Below are positions 8,537-17,566 of a stretch of DNA of 26,035 nt, one piece after another (position 1 is the first letter of the stretch; each line of letters opens with the position of its first letter). A program made the translations under genes and the position numbers. The stretch comes from a virus (lineage: Duplodnaviria > Caudoviricetes). The stretch spans positions 1-26,035 of the IMG/VR virus record IMGVR_UViG_3300035493_000067. The stretch is one strand, 5' to 3'. Below the pieces are notes generated by a model. It had not been told where the DNA came from, ran no database searches, and saw only the letters and a program-made list of their open reading frames with translations.

Positions 8537-11500
8537 CGGGGTTCCCCGGAAGCAGAGCTTCATCCCCGACGTCTTCACGCGGGACGAGCAGAAAGCCCAA
8601 GAGCAGGCCCAAGAGGCCGCAGACAAGCAGCGGTGGGAGGAGGCTTCCATCGCTGATGTTGCCACCGAGGCCATCAACCTCAACCAGATCGGCCCGATGC
8701 TGCTCCGTCAGGCAAACCGAGCTGACCTTGAAGACGACCCCGACTTCTACCTGAACAAGGACGTCTTCAAGCAGGAAATCCAAGGGCAGATCCCGGAGGA
8801 CTTCTGGGACGAGTTCGACCCACTTGAAATCCGCAGCATGGGCCAACTCCAGCAGAAGCGTCAGGAAATCCTGGACTTCATGGACCGGCAAAAGACGCTC
8901 ATGTCCATGGGAGCCGTCACCGGTGTATCCGCTTCAGTTCTTGCATCACTCCTTGATCCGGTGGCCATCGGCGTAACTGCTGCCTCCTACGGTGCTACCG
9001 CTCCGCTGGTTCTCGGGACAAAGCTCACTCGCCTTGAGCGGGCAGTGAGGTCTGGCGTGCTGAGCATGGGCATAACCGCCCCGATTGAAGGCTACATCGC
9101 ATACAACGACCCAACCTACGACCTGGACGATGCTGTCGTCTCCACGATGGCAGCAGGAGCCGTCACTGGCTTGCTCACTGGCATCTCCCGCTCCTACGAC
9201 GAACCCCTCAAGGAGCTGTACCGCGCTGCTGCCGCCAACGAGGCGCGTGAAGCAGGGGCGGTAGCAACCGAGCGGGGGATGACCGAGTTCAAGGGCCTGG
9301 TGAACGCCGACGGCTCCTTCAAGACCGTCGATCAGGTCAACACGGACTTCTTCGAGCGCAACAAGGGCTGGAAGACGTTCGCCTCCAAGCTGCGCATCGA
9401 CCGAGCAGCGGACAACTTCTCGTCGACCTCTTCAAAGATGCGAGCGCTCTCCGGTGTCATGTTCGAGGACGCCGCGCCGGCTAAAGGTTCTCTCGTCGGT
9501 GAAACCGCCTCGCTGTGGAAGCGCCGGGAGCAGGGCAGGGTCATGCGGGCCTTCCTCAAATCGAAGAAGGTCAGCTTCCGCGAATACCTGGAAGAGACCG
9601 GCGCTGGGTGGACACAGAGCGCCGCAGCTCAACGCCAGTTCAACCGCGACGTCACTCGGGCACTCCGTGGTGCCGAGGTAGAGAGCGCAGCAGTCAAGAA
9701 ACACGCTGCCGAGGTTCGCAAGCTGTTCACTGAGATGGGTCTGATGGCGAACAACCCTGCCGGGAAGGAGCGCATCAAAGGCGCTGTGCCGGTGAAGGGC
9801 GCAGAAGGTATGACCATCGAGAACTACGTCAACCGCCGATGGAGCGGGGCCTCGATGGACGCCATGATCCAGAAGCTCGGGAGCAGGGCAGCTGTGCAGC
9901 GTCTGATTGCCTCAGCGATCCGGGGTATGGAGCCTGAAATGGCCATGGAGATTGCTGACCACCTCATGAAGGTCGTCTCCAGGTCCCGCCAAGGCGGTTT
10001 GGATATTGACGGTCTGAGCCGCCACGGCGACAACCTTCAGTGGTTCCTTGAGCGTGAGCATGGGCTGGATGCCGGCGACGCCAAGAACATTGCCGAGAGC
10101 CTTCGCCGCCTGACTGGTGGCATGGATGCAGGCAAGGCCTCGAATCTGAAGTCCCGCCTCGACATCGACGAGTCCGTGGTGGAGGACCTGCTGGAGAACG
10201 ACATCGACGTCCTGTTCAGCAGCTACGCCAACACCATGCTCGGGCACATCGCTCTGGCACGCCACGGCATCGACAGCGAGGACACGTTCCGCCGCTTGTT
10301 CACCGAGGTCAAGGACGATCTGTACTCCACTCCGGTTTCAGGTAAGGCCGAGGAGCTGAAACGCCGCCGCGAACTGCGCAACCTCGAAGAGGCCTACGAC
10401 CATCTGGTTGGCCGCCCTGTGCGGGAAGACCCCACAAGCGGTTACGCAACAGCAGGACGCTTCCTTCGCTTGTTCAACAACTCACGGTTGATGGGTATGG
10501 TCGGACTGGCTCAGATCGCTGAGTTCGGCGTCATGGCCTCGCATGTAGGCATCAAGAACATGATGGCCAACATGCCCGAGCTGTTGAAGCTGCGCCGGAA
10601 ACTGAAGAACGGCGACTTCAGTGACGAGCTTGTGGAAGAACTCTCCGACCTCATGGGCGGGTGGGCGGACTACCGTCTGCTGCATCGCAGCGCCCAGCGT
10701 ATTGAGGAGTACGGGACCCCGATGGGGCTGCGCGAGGGTGCCCTCAGCCAAGTTGAACGGGGCCTCACCAAGATGAGCGACTTCACGTTCGATGTCTCCG
10801 GCTTCAACTGGGTCAACCAAGTCCTGCACGTCATGTCCATGAAGAGCATGGCGCAGACCTTCCTCGACGCTGCCCGCACCGGCAAGGCTCACCACCTCGG
10901 TGAAGCCCGTCTCCGCGAGCTGGGCATCGACAACGAGATGATGGCCCGCATCAAGGGCGAGATGATGAAGAAGGGCGGTGCATCCTTCGGCCCCTCCGGG
11001 AAGCTCAAGAGGCTGAACCTGGAGAACTGGGATGACGAGGTCCGGGTGAAGTTCGGTAATGCCCTGAGACGCTGGGGTGACCAAGTCATCATGGAGAACG
11101 ACTTCGGGTCTCTCCCAGGCTTCATGTCGACCACCACCGGCAAGCTGCTGATGCAGTTCAAGAGCTTCATGCTAGGGGCTTACAGCAAGCAGCTCCTGAA
11201 CAACGTCAAGCACGCTGACCGGACGACCACGATGATGTTCCTCAACGGAACCTTCGCGGGTCTGATGAGCTACCTTGCCTACGTCGGTGCGTCCAGCGCC
11301 GGCAAGTCCAGCTACGAGCGCGAGCGCTACCTCGACAAGATGCTCGATCCGATGCAGATGGCAGCGGGTGCGTTCCAGCGTTCCAGCATCTCCACCATCA
11401 TCCCCGGCATCATCGACATGCCGGCCATGCTGGGTCTCTACGACCCTCTCTTCGATACGCGGGCATCAGGCCTGCAATCCAACCTCATCACCGGCTCTGC

Positions 11501-11690
11501 CTCCTATGACCTCCTGATGAAGACCGGCCAGTTCGGTCAGGAAGTCGTCGAGGCCATCAGGGACGGTGAAATCACCTCCAACACTGCCCGCAGCTTCTTC
11601 TCCCTGCTCCCGTACCAGAACGCTATGGGAATCAGGAACGGCCTCAATGTGCTGTACGACGAGCTGCCTCGGGATTACAGCTACGAGTAA
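8457..11690 (+). CDS. Internal virion protein D (T7 gp16-like ejection protein); start uncertain
   Basis: 1077 aa, C-terminal GKLLMQFKSF and LLPYQN motifs seen in gp16-like proteins; directly upstream of the tail fibre; ATG 8457 overlaps the previous gene by 80 nt. Confidence 0.78.
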   Translation: MSNNDSLPSASSATVGRQDTVFGKLLDGVPRKQSFIPDVFTRDEQKAQEQAQEAADKQRWEEASIADVATEAINLNQIGPMLLRQANRADLEDDPDFYLNKDVFKQEIQGQIPEDFWDEFDPLEIRSMGQLQQKRQEILDFMDRQKTLMSMGAVTGVSASVLASLLDPVAIGVTAASYGATAPLVLGTKLTRLERAVRSGVLSMGITAPIEGYIAYNDPTYDLDDAVVSTMAAGAVTGLLTGISRSYDEPLKELYRAAAANEAREAGAVATERGMTEFKGLVNADGSFKTVDQVNTDFFERNKGWKTFASKLRIDRAADNFSSTSSKMRALSGVMFEDAAPAKGSLVGETASLWKRREQGRVMRAFLKSKKVSFREYLEETGAGWTQSAAAQRQFNRDVTRALRGAEVESAAVKKHAAEVRKLFTEMGLMANNPAGKERIKGAVPVKGAEGMTIENYVNRRWSGASMDAMIQKLGSRAAVQRLIASAIRGMEPEMAMEIADHLMKVVSRSRQGGLDIDGLSRHGDNLQWFLEREHGLDAGDAKNIAESLRRLTGGMDAGKASNLKSRLDIDESVVEDLLENDIDVLFSSYANTMLGHIALARHGIDSEDTFRRLFTEVKDDLYSTPVSGKAEELKRRRELRNLEEAYDHLVGRPVREDPTSGYATAGRFLRLFNNSRLMGMVGLAQIAEFGVMASHVGIKNMMANMPELLKLRRKLKNGDFSDELVEELSDLMGGWADYRLLHRSAQRIEEYGTPMGLREGALSQVERGLTKMSDFTFDVSGFNWVNQVLHVMSMKSMAQTFLDAARTGKAHHLGEARLRELGIDNEMMARIKGEMMKKGGASFGPSGKLKRLNLENWDDEVRVKFGNALRRWGDQVIMENDFGSLPGFMSTTTGKLLMQFKSFMLGAYSKQLLNNVKHADRTTTMMFLNGTFAGLMSYLAYVGASSAGKSSYERERYLDKMLDPMQMAAGAFQRSSISTIIPGIIDMPAMLGLYDPLFDTRASGLQSNLITGSASYDLLMKTGQFGQEVVEAIRDGEITSNTARSFFSLLPYQNAMGIRNGLNVLYDELPRDYSYE

Positions 11691-11693
11691 GCA

Positions 11694-14015
11694 ATGGCAC
11701 TTTCCTTCGTTGAGTATCAGGGGGACGGCATCACGAAAGTGTTTGCCGTTCCCTTCGATTACATCTCCCAGAGTGATGTCCAGGTCACTCTGGATGGCCA
11801 ACCGGCCTCCTTCACCTGGACTTCCCCAAACACCATTTCGGTGACCACAGCGCCCGCAACGGGCAAGACCCTCAAGATCCAACGAGACACCGAGAAGGCA
11901 GTCCCTCTGGTCGACTTCCAGAACGACTCTGTGCTGGACGAAGCGCTGCTCGACCTGATGTGGAAGCAAGTCTTCATGGTCATCCAAGAGGCACAGGACC
12001 AAGCTGACGTTTCCTACGGTCTCTCGGACGATGCAAAGACCATCGCTCAGGAAGCCAAAGGCATCGCCCAGACTGCCGAAGGCAAAGCCGACTCGGCCAT
12101 CGCCACGGCCAACGGTGCGGCCTCCACAGCGAGCAACGCGGTATCGACCGCCAACGCTGCAACGAGCACAGCCAACAGCGCAGTAGCCACAGCGAACAAC
12201 GCAGTGTCTTCGGCCACCGCTGCGCAGAATACGGCCAACTCGGCTGTCACCACAGCCAACTCGGCGGTGACCAAGGCCAACGAGGCGAAGAGCCAAGCGG
12301 CCTCTGCGACAGCCATCGCCAACCAGGCGTTGAGCGCCGCCAACAACGCCGTCACCACAGCAACCGACGCTGCCACTCTGGCCTTGGACGCCCAGGCCAG
12401 TGCCGGCAACGCACAGAACGCAGCGAACAATGCTCAGATTGCCGCCGAGACGGCTGCAGCTGACGCACAGGCTGCGCAGGCCTCCGCTGCGAATGCTGAA
12501 GCAACCGTGAGGGAGATTCGTGACGACGTCCAATCGATTACTGGCGCTGACTTCACGGACTTCGCCAAGAACTCCGAGAACCTGTCCGGCCTGACCGACA
12601 AAGGGCTGGCACGGACGAACCTCGGTCTGGGGAACGTCGACAACACCCGCGATGCGGACAAGCCGATCAGTAACGCGACTCAAACAGCGCTGAACCTGAA
12701 GGCTGATCTGGCTTCCCCGGCCCTGACGGGCACGCCAACCGCTCCTACAGCAGCCGAGAACACCAGCACTACTCAGCTGGCCACCACCGAGTTCGTGCAG
12801 ACAGCCCTCAAGGTTGTGGATCCGCGTGGTCTGCCGCGCATCCGACCCTCGCTGCGTCTGGACTTCCTTCACAACAGACGACTGGACCCGCGAATTACCT
12901 TCAGCCGTTCTTCGGGTGGTTGGAGTTGGAACGCGCAGGGCCAATACGAATGGCTCCCCGCCAATCAGCCTCGTCTCGACTACGACCCGGTGACAGGTGA
13001 GTGTCTGGGGCTGCTGATCGAGGAGCAGCGGACGAATCTGCTGACGTATTCGAGTGATTTTTCGAATGCGGTGTGGACTAAGCGCGGAACATTCACAGTC
13101 ACACCTAACGCCGCCATATCGCCAGACGGAACCGCAAGCGCGTCTCTCGTCACTGGCTTGAATAGCGGCACGAACGATATGTACCGCCAGGGAATAAACA
13201 GTGGCGGACTGGCTGCGGAGGCCCGTTACGAGCCGTCTGTCTATGTGAAAAAGGTCACGCAGACCGGAACAGTAAACATCTCCAATTCCTATACGCCATC
13301 TTATGGGGACTGGACTGTCGATTTGTCAAAGGTTGGCGATGGATGGGAGCGAATTACCCGGAGCCATCCAGCGGTGACAGTCGTAGCGGAGTTCAAGGTA
13401 CATACGACAGGATACTTAGGTATCCAACTAAGAAAAACAACTATCGGGGAGGTGAGTCTCTACATATGGGGCGCCCAACTCGAAGCCGGCCCCTTCCCCA
13501 CTTCCTACATCCCCACAACCACCGCCCAAGTAACCCGCGCTGCCGACGTGGCTAGCGTGAACACGTTGTCGCCGTGGTTCAACGCGAGCGAGGGGACGTT
13601 GTTTGTGGAGGTAGTGCCAGGACAAACAGTTACGGCAAATTGGGCTGCCACTCTCAGCAACTCGATGACGGGACTGAATGATCTTATCGACTTAGGTTGG
13701 CGGATCAGCTCCACCTCACGCAGCCCGCGCGGTCGCGTGCTGCGCGAAGGCGCTACTCAAACAGAGCAGGTGATTGACCTAGAGGTATCCGTTGGCCAGC
13801 CAATCAAGATGGCCATTGCCTACGCAGCAAACAGCGTACAGACAGCTGCTCGCGGAGTAGCGTCCGCAGAAGACACGTCTGCCACGATCCCAGTAGTTGA
13901 TCGCCTCCAGATCGGTAGGGTCGGAAACTACGGCTATTCGCCCGGCCATATCCGCTCTATCCGCTACTACCCCAAACGTCTCTCCAACACCGAAATACAG
14001 GCACTGACCGCATGA
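11694..14015 (+). CDS. Tail fibre protein (T7 gp17-type N-terminal anchor, Ala-rich coiled coil, C-terminal beta-rich receptor-binding region)
   Basis: N-terminal Y.GDG....F.VPFDYI..SDV.V and RDT....PLVDF...S.L.E..LD motifs; heptad repeats; ARTNLGLGNVDNT.D..KPIS and SPALTGTPTAPT fibre motifs; GLLIEEQRTNL...WGAQLEAG.FPTSYIPT distal domain. Confidence 0.92.
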   Translation: MALSFVEYQGDGITKVFAVPFDYISQSDVQVTLDGQPASFTWTSPNTISVTTAPATGKTLKIQRDTEKAVPLVDFQNDSVLDEALLDLMWKQVFMVIQEAQDQADVSYGLSDDAKTIAQEAKGIAQTAEGKADSAIATANGAASTASNAVSTANAATSTANSAVATANNAVSSATAAQNTANSAVTTANSAVTKANEAKSQAASATAIANQALSAANNAVTTATDAATLALDAQASAGNAQNAANNAQIAAETAAADAQAAQASAANAEATVREIRDDVQSITGADFTDFAKNSENLSGLTDKGLARTNLGLGNVDNTRDADKPISNATQTALNLKADLASPALTGTPTAPTAAENTSTTQLATTEFVQTALKVVDPRGLPRIRPSLRLDFLHNRRLDPRITFSRSSGGWSWNAQGQYEWLPANQPRLDYDPVTGECLGLLIEEQRTNLLTYSSDFSNAVWTKRGTFTVTPNAAISPDGTASASLVTGLNSGTNDMYRQGINSGGLAAEARYEPSVYVKKVTQTGTVNISNSYTPSYGDWTVDLSKVGDGWERITRSHPAVTVVAEFKVHTTGYLGIQLRKTTIGEVSLYIWGAQLEAGPFPTSYIPTTTAQVTRAADVASVNTLSPWFNASEGTLFVEVVPGQTVTANWAATLSNSMTGLNDLIDLGWRISSTSRSPRGRVLREGATQTEQVIDLEVSVGQPIKMAIAYAANSVQTAARGVASAEDTSATIPVVDRLQIGRVGNYGYSPGHIRSIRYYPKRLSNTEIQALTA
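12105..12500 (+). repeat. 21-bp / 7-aa degenerate tandem repeat (TANxAxx) encoding the fibre coiled-coil stalk
   Basis: TANGAAS TASNAVS TANAATS TANSAVA TANNAVS SATAAQN TANSAVT TANSAVT KANEAKS in the translation. Confidence 0.85.
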
Positions 14016-14329
14016 TCGACTACTACCTGCAAACAGCCGACGAACAAGCCATGAATACCGCACTCATTGAAGCCAATGCAGCTACTACTGTACTGGCTCA
14101 ACTGGATGACGCAGGCGAAGTTATCCAAGAGGCCTGCATTCAACTAACCAAAGGCGTCTCGCTGGATGTGATTGGCCTGATGTATGAACGCACCGGAGGC
14201 ACCGATGAAGAGCTTGTAATGACGGCTATTCCGGGTTGGTATTTCAATGTCCGTTCCGAAGAGCCTATCGATTGGCCGGAGAATGTCGTTATTTCCTACC
14301 CGAAAACACCGTGTCGTGTCTGGGGGTGA
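14012..14329 (+). CDS. Small tail-fibre-associated protein (probable chaperone or tip protein)
   Basis: ATGA overlap with the fibre stop; M.DYYL, LDVIG, PGW.FNVR, P.TP.RVW motifs recalled from genes that follow this fibre type. Confidence 0.6.
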   Translation: MIDYYLQTADEQAMNTALIEANAATTVLAQLDDAGEVIQEACIQLTKGVSLDVIGLMYERTGGTDEELVMTAIPGWYFNVRSEEPIDWPENVVISYPKTPCRVWG

Positions 14330-14377
14330 GGACTTCTCTCACCTCTTGTTTCACCAGAACACTCTTGGAGGTGACTT

Positions 14378-14722
14378 ATGTCACGCATAGGGATAAGCCC
14401 TAACCAATTTGCCGTACACGCTGACTTTGGCGGTATGGCATACCAAGACCCAGAGGCCGTTGTCATAGAAGGAGGTGTAATTGGAACTCAGACAGTTGAG
14501 CAGATCAATGCACTAGAGACTTCCAAAGCGAACGCCGCGCACTCCCATGTAATTGCCGATGTGACTGGCTTGCAGAGTGCCTTGGACAGTAAAGCGGACT
14601 CTTCGCACACTCACACCGCCTCTCAAGTGTCCGGTCTTGGCACCGCAGCCACCAAGAACATCACCGTTTCAACTGCAGCTCCTTCTGGCGGTTCCGATGG
14701 CGACATCTGGATTCAGTACTAA
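14378..14722 (+). CDS. Short secondary tail-fibre shaft protein
   Basis: GGAGG RBS; IG..PNQ......G.MAYQD, HSHVIADVTGLQSALDSKA and HTH fibre repeats, C-terminal APSGG.DGDIWIQY. Confidence 0.7.
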   Translation: MSRIGISPNQFAVHADFGGMAYQDPEAVVIEGGVIGTQTVEQINALETSKANAAHSHVIADVTGLQSALDSKADSSHTHTASQVSGLGTAATKNITVSTAAPSGGSDGDIWIQY

Positions 14723-14731
14723 GGAGTTGCA

Positions 14732-15589
14732 ATGGGCTTGAAAGTAAAAGCCGGGGGCGTCTGGAATGACGCCTCCAAGGTCCATATCAAACTGAACGGT
14801 GCATGGCAGACCGCAAAGCAACTTTGGGGGTATGCCGCTGGTGGGTGGCGTAGCGCTTGGCAGAATGAGATTCGCTACATCAACACCGCAGACAGGACTT
14901 CAGCCAGCATCTACGAACTGATGGGGTCACCGACCGAGCCTGGTGATTATGTCTTCGAGAATCAGGCAACTATCTCGGCGGGCTCTGGGAGTTACGCACT
15001 CCGCACAGGGGTGTTCCCTGCTGGATCGACGCTCAAGATTATCAACAAGGGGTACATCCGGGGCAAGGGAGGCAACGGTGGGCCATATAACGGCGCTGGA
15101 GGCGCTGGCGGCACTGCCCTGTACATCGACTACCCCTGTGAACTCGATAATGGAGCTGGATACATCTATGGGGGAGGTGGTGGAGGTGGTGGCGCAGCTG
15201 GTTCTTACAGTGGGACTTACGCAAGGGTATCTGGAGGAGGCGGAGCTGGCGCAAGCGCAGGCGCTGCAGGACCATCTTCTACAACCAGCATCTCCGGCTC
15301 CACTGCACTTAAGACAGTAACAAGCGCTGCTGCCGGGACAGCCTCCGCTGGAGGAGTAGGTGGTTATATCGATTACACCCCTACGTCCACTTCTTATATG
15401 AGGCCTAGAGGTGGCACTGGAGGCGCGCCTGGGGCAAGTGGAGCTGCAGGTAGTTATACGCAAGCAGGTGGATGGAGCATGTCAGCTACTGCAGGAGGTG
15501 CAGCAGGCACTGCTATCACCAAGAATGGTAACGCCGTAACCATCACTGCAGGTAACGACACAACACGAATCAAAGGAGCAGTCGCATGA
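14732..15589 (+). CDS. Glycine-rich receptor-binding adhesin (T-even gp38-like)
   Basis: AAGGAG RBS; IINKGYIRGKGGNGG, GGAGG.AL and N..GYIYGGGGGGGG motifs, then further GG.GG repeats separated by variable loops. Confidence 0.72.
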   Translation: MGLKVKAGGVWNDASKVHIKLNGAWQTAKQLWGYAAGGWRSAWQNEIRYINTADRTSASIYELMGSPTEPGDYVFENQATISAGSGSYALRTGVFPAGSTLKIINKGYIRGKGGNGGPYNGAGGAGGTALYIDYPCELDNGAGYIYGGGGGGGGAAGSYSGTYARVSGGGGAGASAGAAGPSSTTSISGSTALKTVTSAAAGTASAGGVGGYIDYTPTSTSYMRPRGGTGGAPGASGAAGSYTQAGGWSMSATAGGAAGTAITKNGNAVTITAGNDTTRIKGAVA

Positions 15590-15996
15590 CGGACTTCACA
15601 ATCCTGTCAATCGACGAAAACGCAAAGAGCATGGTTATTGATTGGGGCTATATAACGCTCAATCATGACATCCCACTTTACATCTTGGAGAACCCTGAAC
15701 TAACCGAAGAGGAAATGCTTCGGTTCATCTCGTATATGAGACCTCCGGTTCCGGTTGAGCTGACTGTGCCGGATAAGTTGCGAAAGTTGGCCACTGCGGC
15801 TGAAGTTGCTGTAGAGGACAAGGCCATGGAAGTTCGCGTACAGCGTAACGCTCTGTTGGATTCAACCGACTGGACTCAGTTGGCAGATTCTCCGGTTGAC
15901 AAACAAGTCTGGGCAGATTATCGCCAGCAACTTCGGGAAGTCCCTCAACAACCAGGGTTCCCTGACTCGGTTGTCTGGCCGGAGGCCCCTGCTTGA
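15586..15996 (+). CDS. Tail fibre assembly chaperone
   Basis: C-terminal R..RN.LL..TDWTQL.DSP.....W..YRQ.LR..PQQ.GFP..V.WP..P motif. Confidence 0.85.
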   Translation: MTDFTILSIDENAKSMVIDWGYITLNHDIPLYILENPELTEEEMLRFISYMRPPVPVELTVPDKLRKLATAAEVAVEDKAMEVRVQRNALLDSTDWTQLADSPVDKQVWADYRQQLREVPQQPGFPDSVVWPEAPA

Positions 15997-16217
15997 TGGA
16001 TCAACAGCGTGACCGTGAACCCTCTTCCGTTGCCTACCTCCTCGGGCAACTGACCGCAAAGGTCGATCTTCTCCTCTCCAACCAACAGTCCTACAACGAA
16101 CGCCACGACGAGCTGGAGCAGCGCGTCTCCGTCCTGGAGCGGGACAAAGCCAAGATCCTTGGCGCAGTCCTGGTCATCTCCACCGTCATTGGGTTCGTTG
16201 CCAACTACTTCCTCTGA
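15996..16217 (+). CDS. Small membrane protein, putative holin (coiled coil plus one C-terminal TM helix)
   Basis: GGAGG RBS; hydrophobic ILGAVLVISTVIGFVANYFL C-terminus; directly upstream of the endolysin. Confidence 0.55.
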   Translation: MDQQRDREPSSVAYLLGQLTAKVDLLLSNQQSYNERHDELEQRVSVLERDKAKILGAVLVISTVIGFVANYFL

Positions 16218-16220
16218 CAC

Positions 16221-16640
16221 ATGCAAAACCTCCGCTCCCTCATCAAGCACCATGAGGGGGTCCGGGCGAAGCCTTACCTCTGCACTGCAGGGAAAACCAC
16301 CATCGGCGTAGGCCGCAACCTCGATGACCTCGGTCTGTCCCCGGACGAGATCGATTACCTCTTCGAGAACGACCTGCGCCGCGTGGAGCTAGAGCTTCAC
16401 CGAGCCTTCCCATGGGCGAAATCCCTCGACGCTGTCCGCTACGCCGTGGTGGTGGACATGCTCTTCAACCTCGGCCTTCGCCGCCTCCAACTCTTCCGCA
16501 AGTTCCTCGCCGCAATGGAGAGACACGACTGGCAGACAGCTGCCGTGGAGATGATGGACTCCCGCTGGGCCAAGCAGGTGAAGAGCCGCGCCACCCGACT
16601 GCGGGACATGGTCCTCACCGGCCAGTGGCCCAAGGACTGA
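16221..16640 (+). CDS. Endolysin, T4-lysozyme-like (GH24) muramidase
   Basis: HEG....PY.CTAG..TIGVGRNL gives an E-x8-C-x5-T catalytic triad; M.FNLG, F.KFL.A, S.WA.QV..RA.RL; no N-terminal SAR or signal sequence. Confidence 0.92.
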   Translation: MQNLRSLIKHHEGVRAKPYLCTAGKTTIGVGRNLDDLGLSPDEIDYLFENDLRRVELELHRAFPWAKSLDAVRYAVVVDMLFNLGLRRLQLFRKFLAAMERHDWQTAAVEMMDSRWAKQVKSRATRLRDMVLTGQWPKD

Positions 16641-16641
16641 C

Positions 16642-16893
16642 ATGGCGAAACGCAAACGCGACTACGCCAAGGAATACCGCGAATACCACTCCAAACCGGA
16701 GCAGATAAAGAGACGAGCGTCTCGCAATGCAGCCCGCCGGCTGATGATCCAGAAGGGCCTAGCCCGCAAAGGCGACGGTAAAGACGTCGACCACAAGAAC
16801 CGCAACCCCCTCGACAACTCCCGAGCCAACCTTCGGATCGTCTCCAAGAAGACGAACCGGGGATGGCGACGTAATGAAAAAGGAAAATCCTGA
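16642..16893 (+). CDS. Small HNH endonuclease-like protein
   Basis: Basic 83 aa; RDY.KEY, R..RN.ARR, KGDGKDVDH....PLDN...NLR......NR. Confidence 0.8.
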   Translation: MAKRKRDYAKEYREYHSKPEQIKRRASRNAARRLMIQKGLARKGDGKDVDHKNRNPLDNSRANLRIVSKKTNRGWRRNEKGKS

Positions 16894-17075
16894 TGCTGCT
16901 GAAACTACTCCTGAAGGTCCTCACCACTGAGGCCGCGAAGCAACTGGCCGTGTACGCAGCGGCTGAACTGGCCAAGCGTACCAACAACGACATCGACGAC
17001 ACCGCTGTACGCCTCATCGCCAAGACCCTCGGCGTGGCTGCTCCGGCTCTGGAGGTGACTGATGGCCAAGCGTAA
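16893..17075 (+). CDS. Hypothetical 60-aa amphipathic protein (LAKRTNNDIDD motif)
   Basis: TGATG coupling to the HNH gene, AAGGA RBS, phage codon usage. Confidence 0.7.
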   Translation: MLLKLLLKVLTTEAAKQLAVYAAAELAKRTNNDIDDTAVRLIAKTLGVAAPALEVTDGQA

Positions 17076-17280
17076 GGCTGCTGCCGACACCGGCCTGACT
17101 GACCTGCAGAAGCGCGAGGAAGAGCTGAAGGCCGCTGGCCTCGAATACGAGGTCTTCGAGTACCCGCACGGCTACCTCGACCTCCTGTACCGCGACGCCG
17201 ACGGCAACCGCGTGAAGCAGGAGTACCGCCCGGATGGCCGGGAAATTCTCCGCGACCACTTTGGTGTAGAGGTTCAATGA
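17062..17280 (+). CDS. Hypothetical protein
   Basis: GGAGGTG RBS, strong GC3 bias, coupled to terS. Confidence 0.75.
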   Translation: MAKRKAAADTGLTDLQKREEELKAAGLEYEVFEYPHGYLDLLYRDADGNRVKQEYRPDGREILRDHFGVEVQ

Positions 17281-17510
17281 GCGACACCCTGAAGGATGTC
17301 CTTGACCTGCTTCATTCGGAACTGGCCCGCTCTCTCTTGAAGCGGGTCCAGTCCGGTGAGGCCTCGGCCAGCGATCTGAACGTGGCCCGCCAGTTCCTCA
17401 AGGACAACAACATCGATTCCTCGGTCAAACACGACCCGCATTTGGCCGCTCTGGCCGCCGCTGCAAGCCATCTGGACGAAGACGACGTTCAGGCAGGCCC
17501 TCTCCATTGA
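17277..17510 (+). CDS. terS: Terminase small subunit (T7 gp18-like)
   Basis: L..LH..LA..LL..V.SGEA.ASDLNVARQFLKDN.I motif; precedes terL. Confidence 0.88.
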   Translation: MSDTLKDVLDLLHSELARSLLKRVQSGEASASDLNVARQFLKDNNIDSSVKHDPHLAALAAAASHLDEDDVQAGPLH

Positions 17511-17566
17511 CCCCCGCTTGAGACGCCTCTGAGGCCCTCTCCGGGGCGTCTGGAGTCCCGCCTTAC

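Noticed and set aside
14323-14352. Terminator between the two fibre modules (GGGGTGAG/CTCACCTC then TTGTTTC)
   Set aside because: The stem is plausible but the U tract is weak and interrupted; not enough support to list as a feature.
11694-15996. Diversity-generating retroelement or invertible tail-fibre switch
   Set aside because: No reverse transcriptase, no template/variable repeat pair, no invertase or inverted fibre cassette seen in the window.
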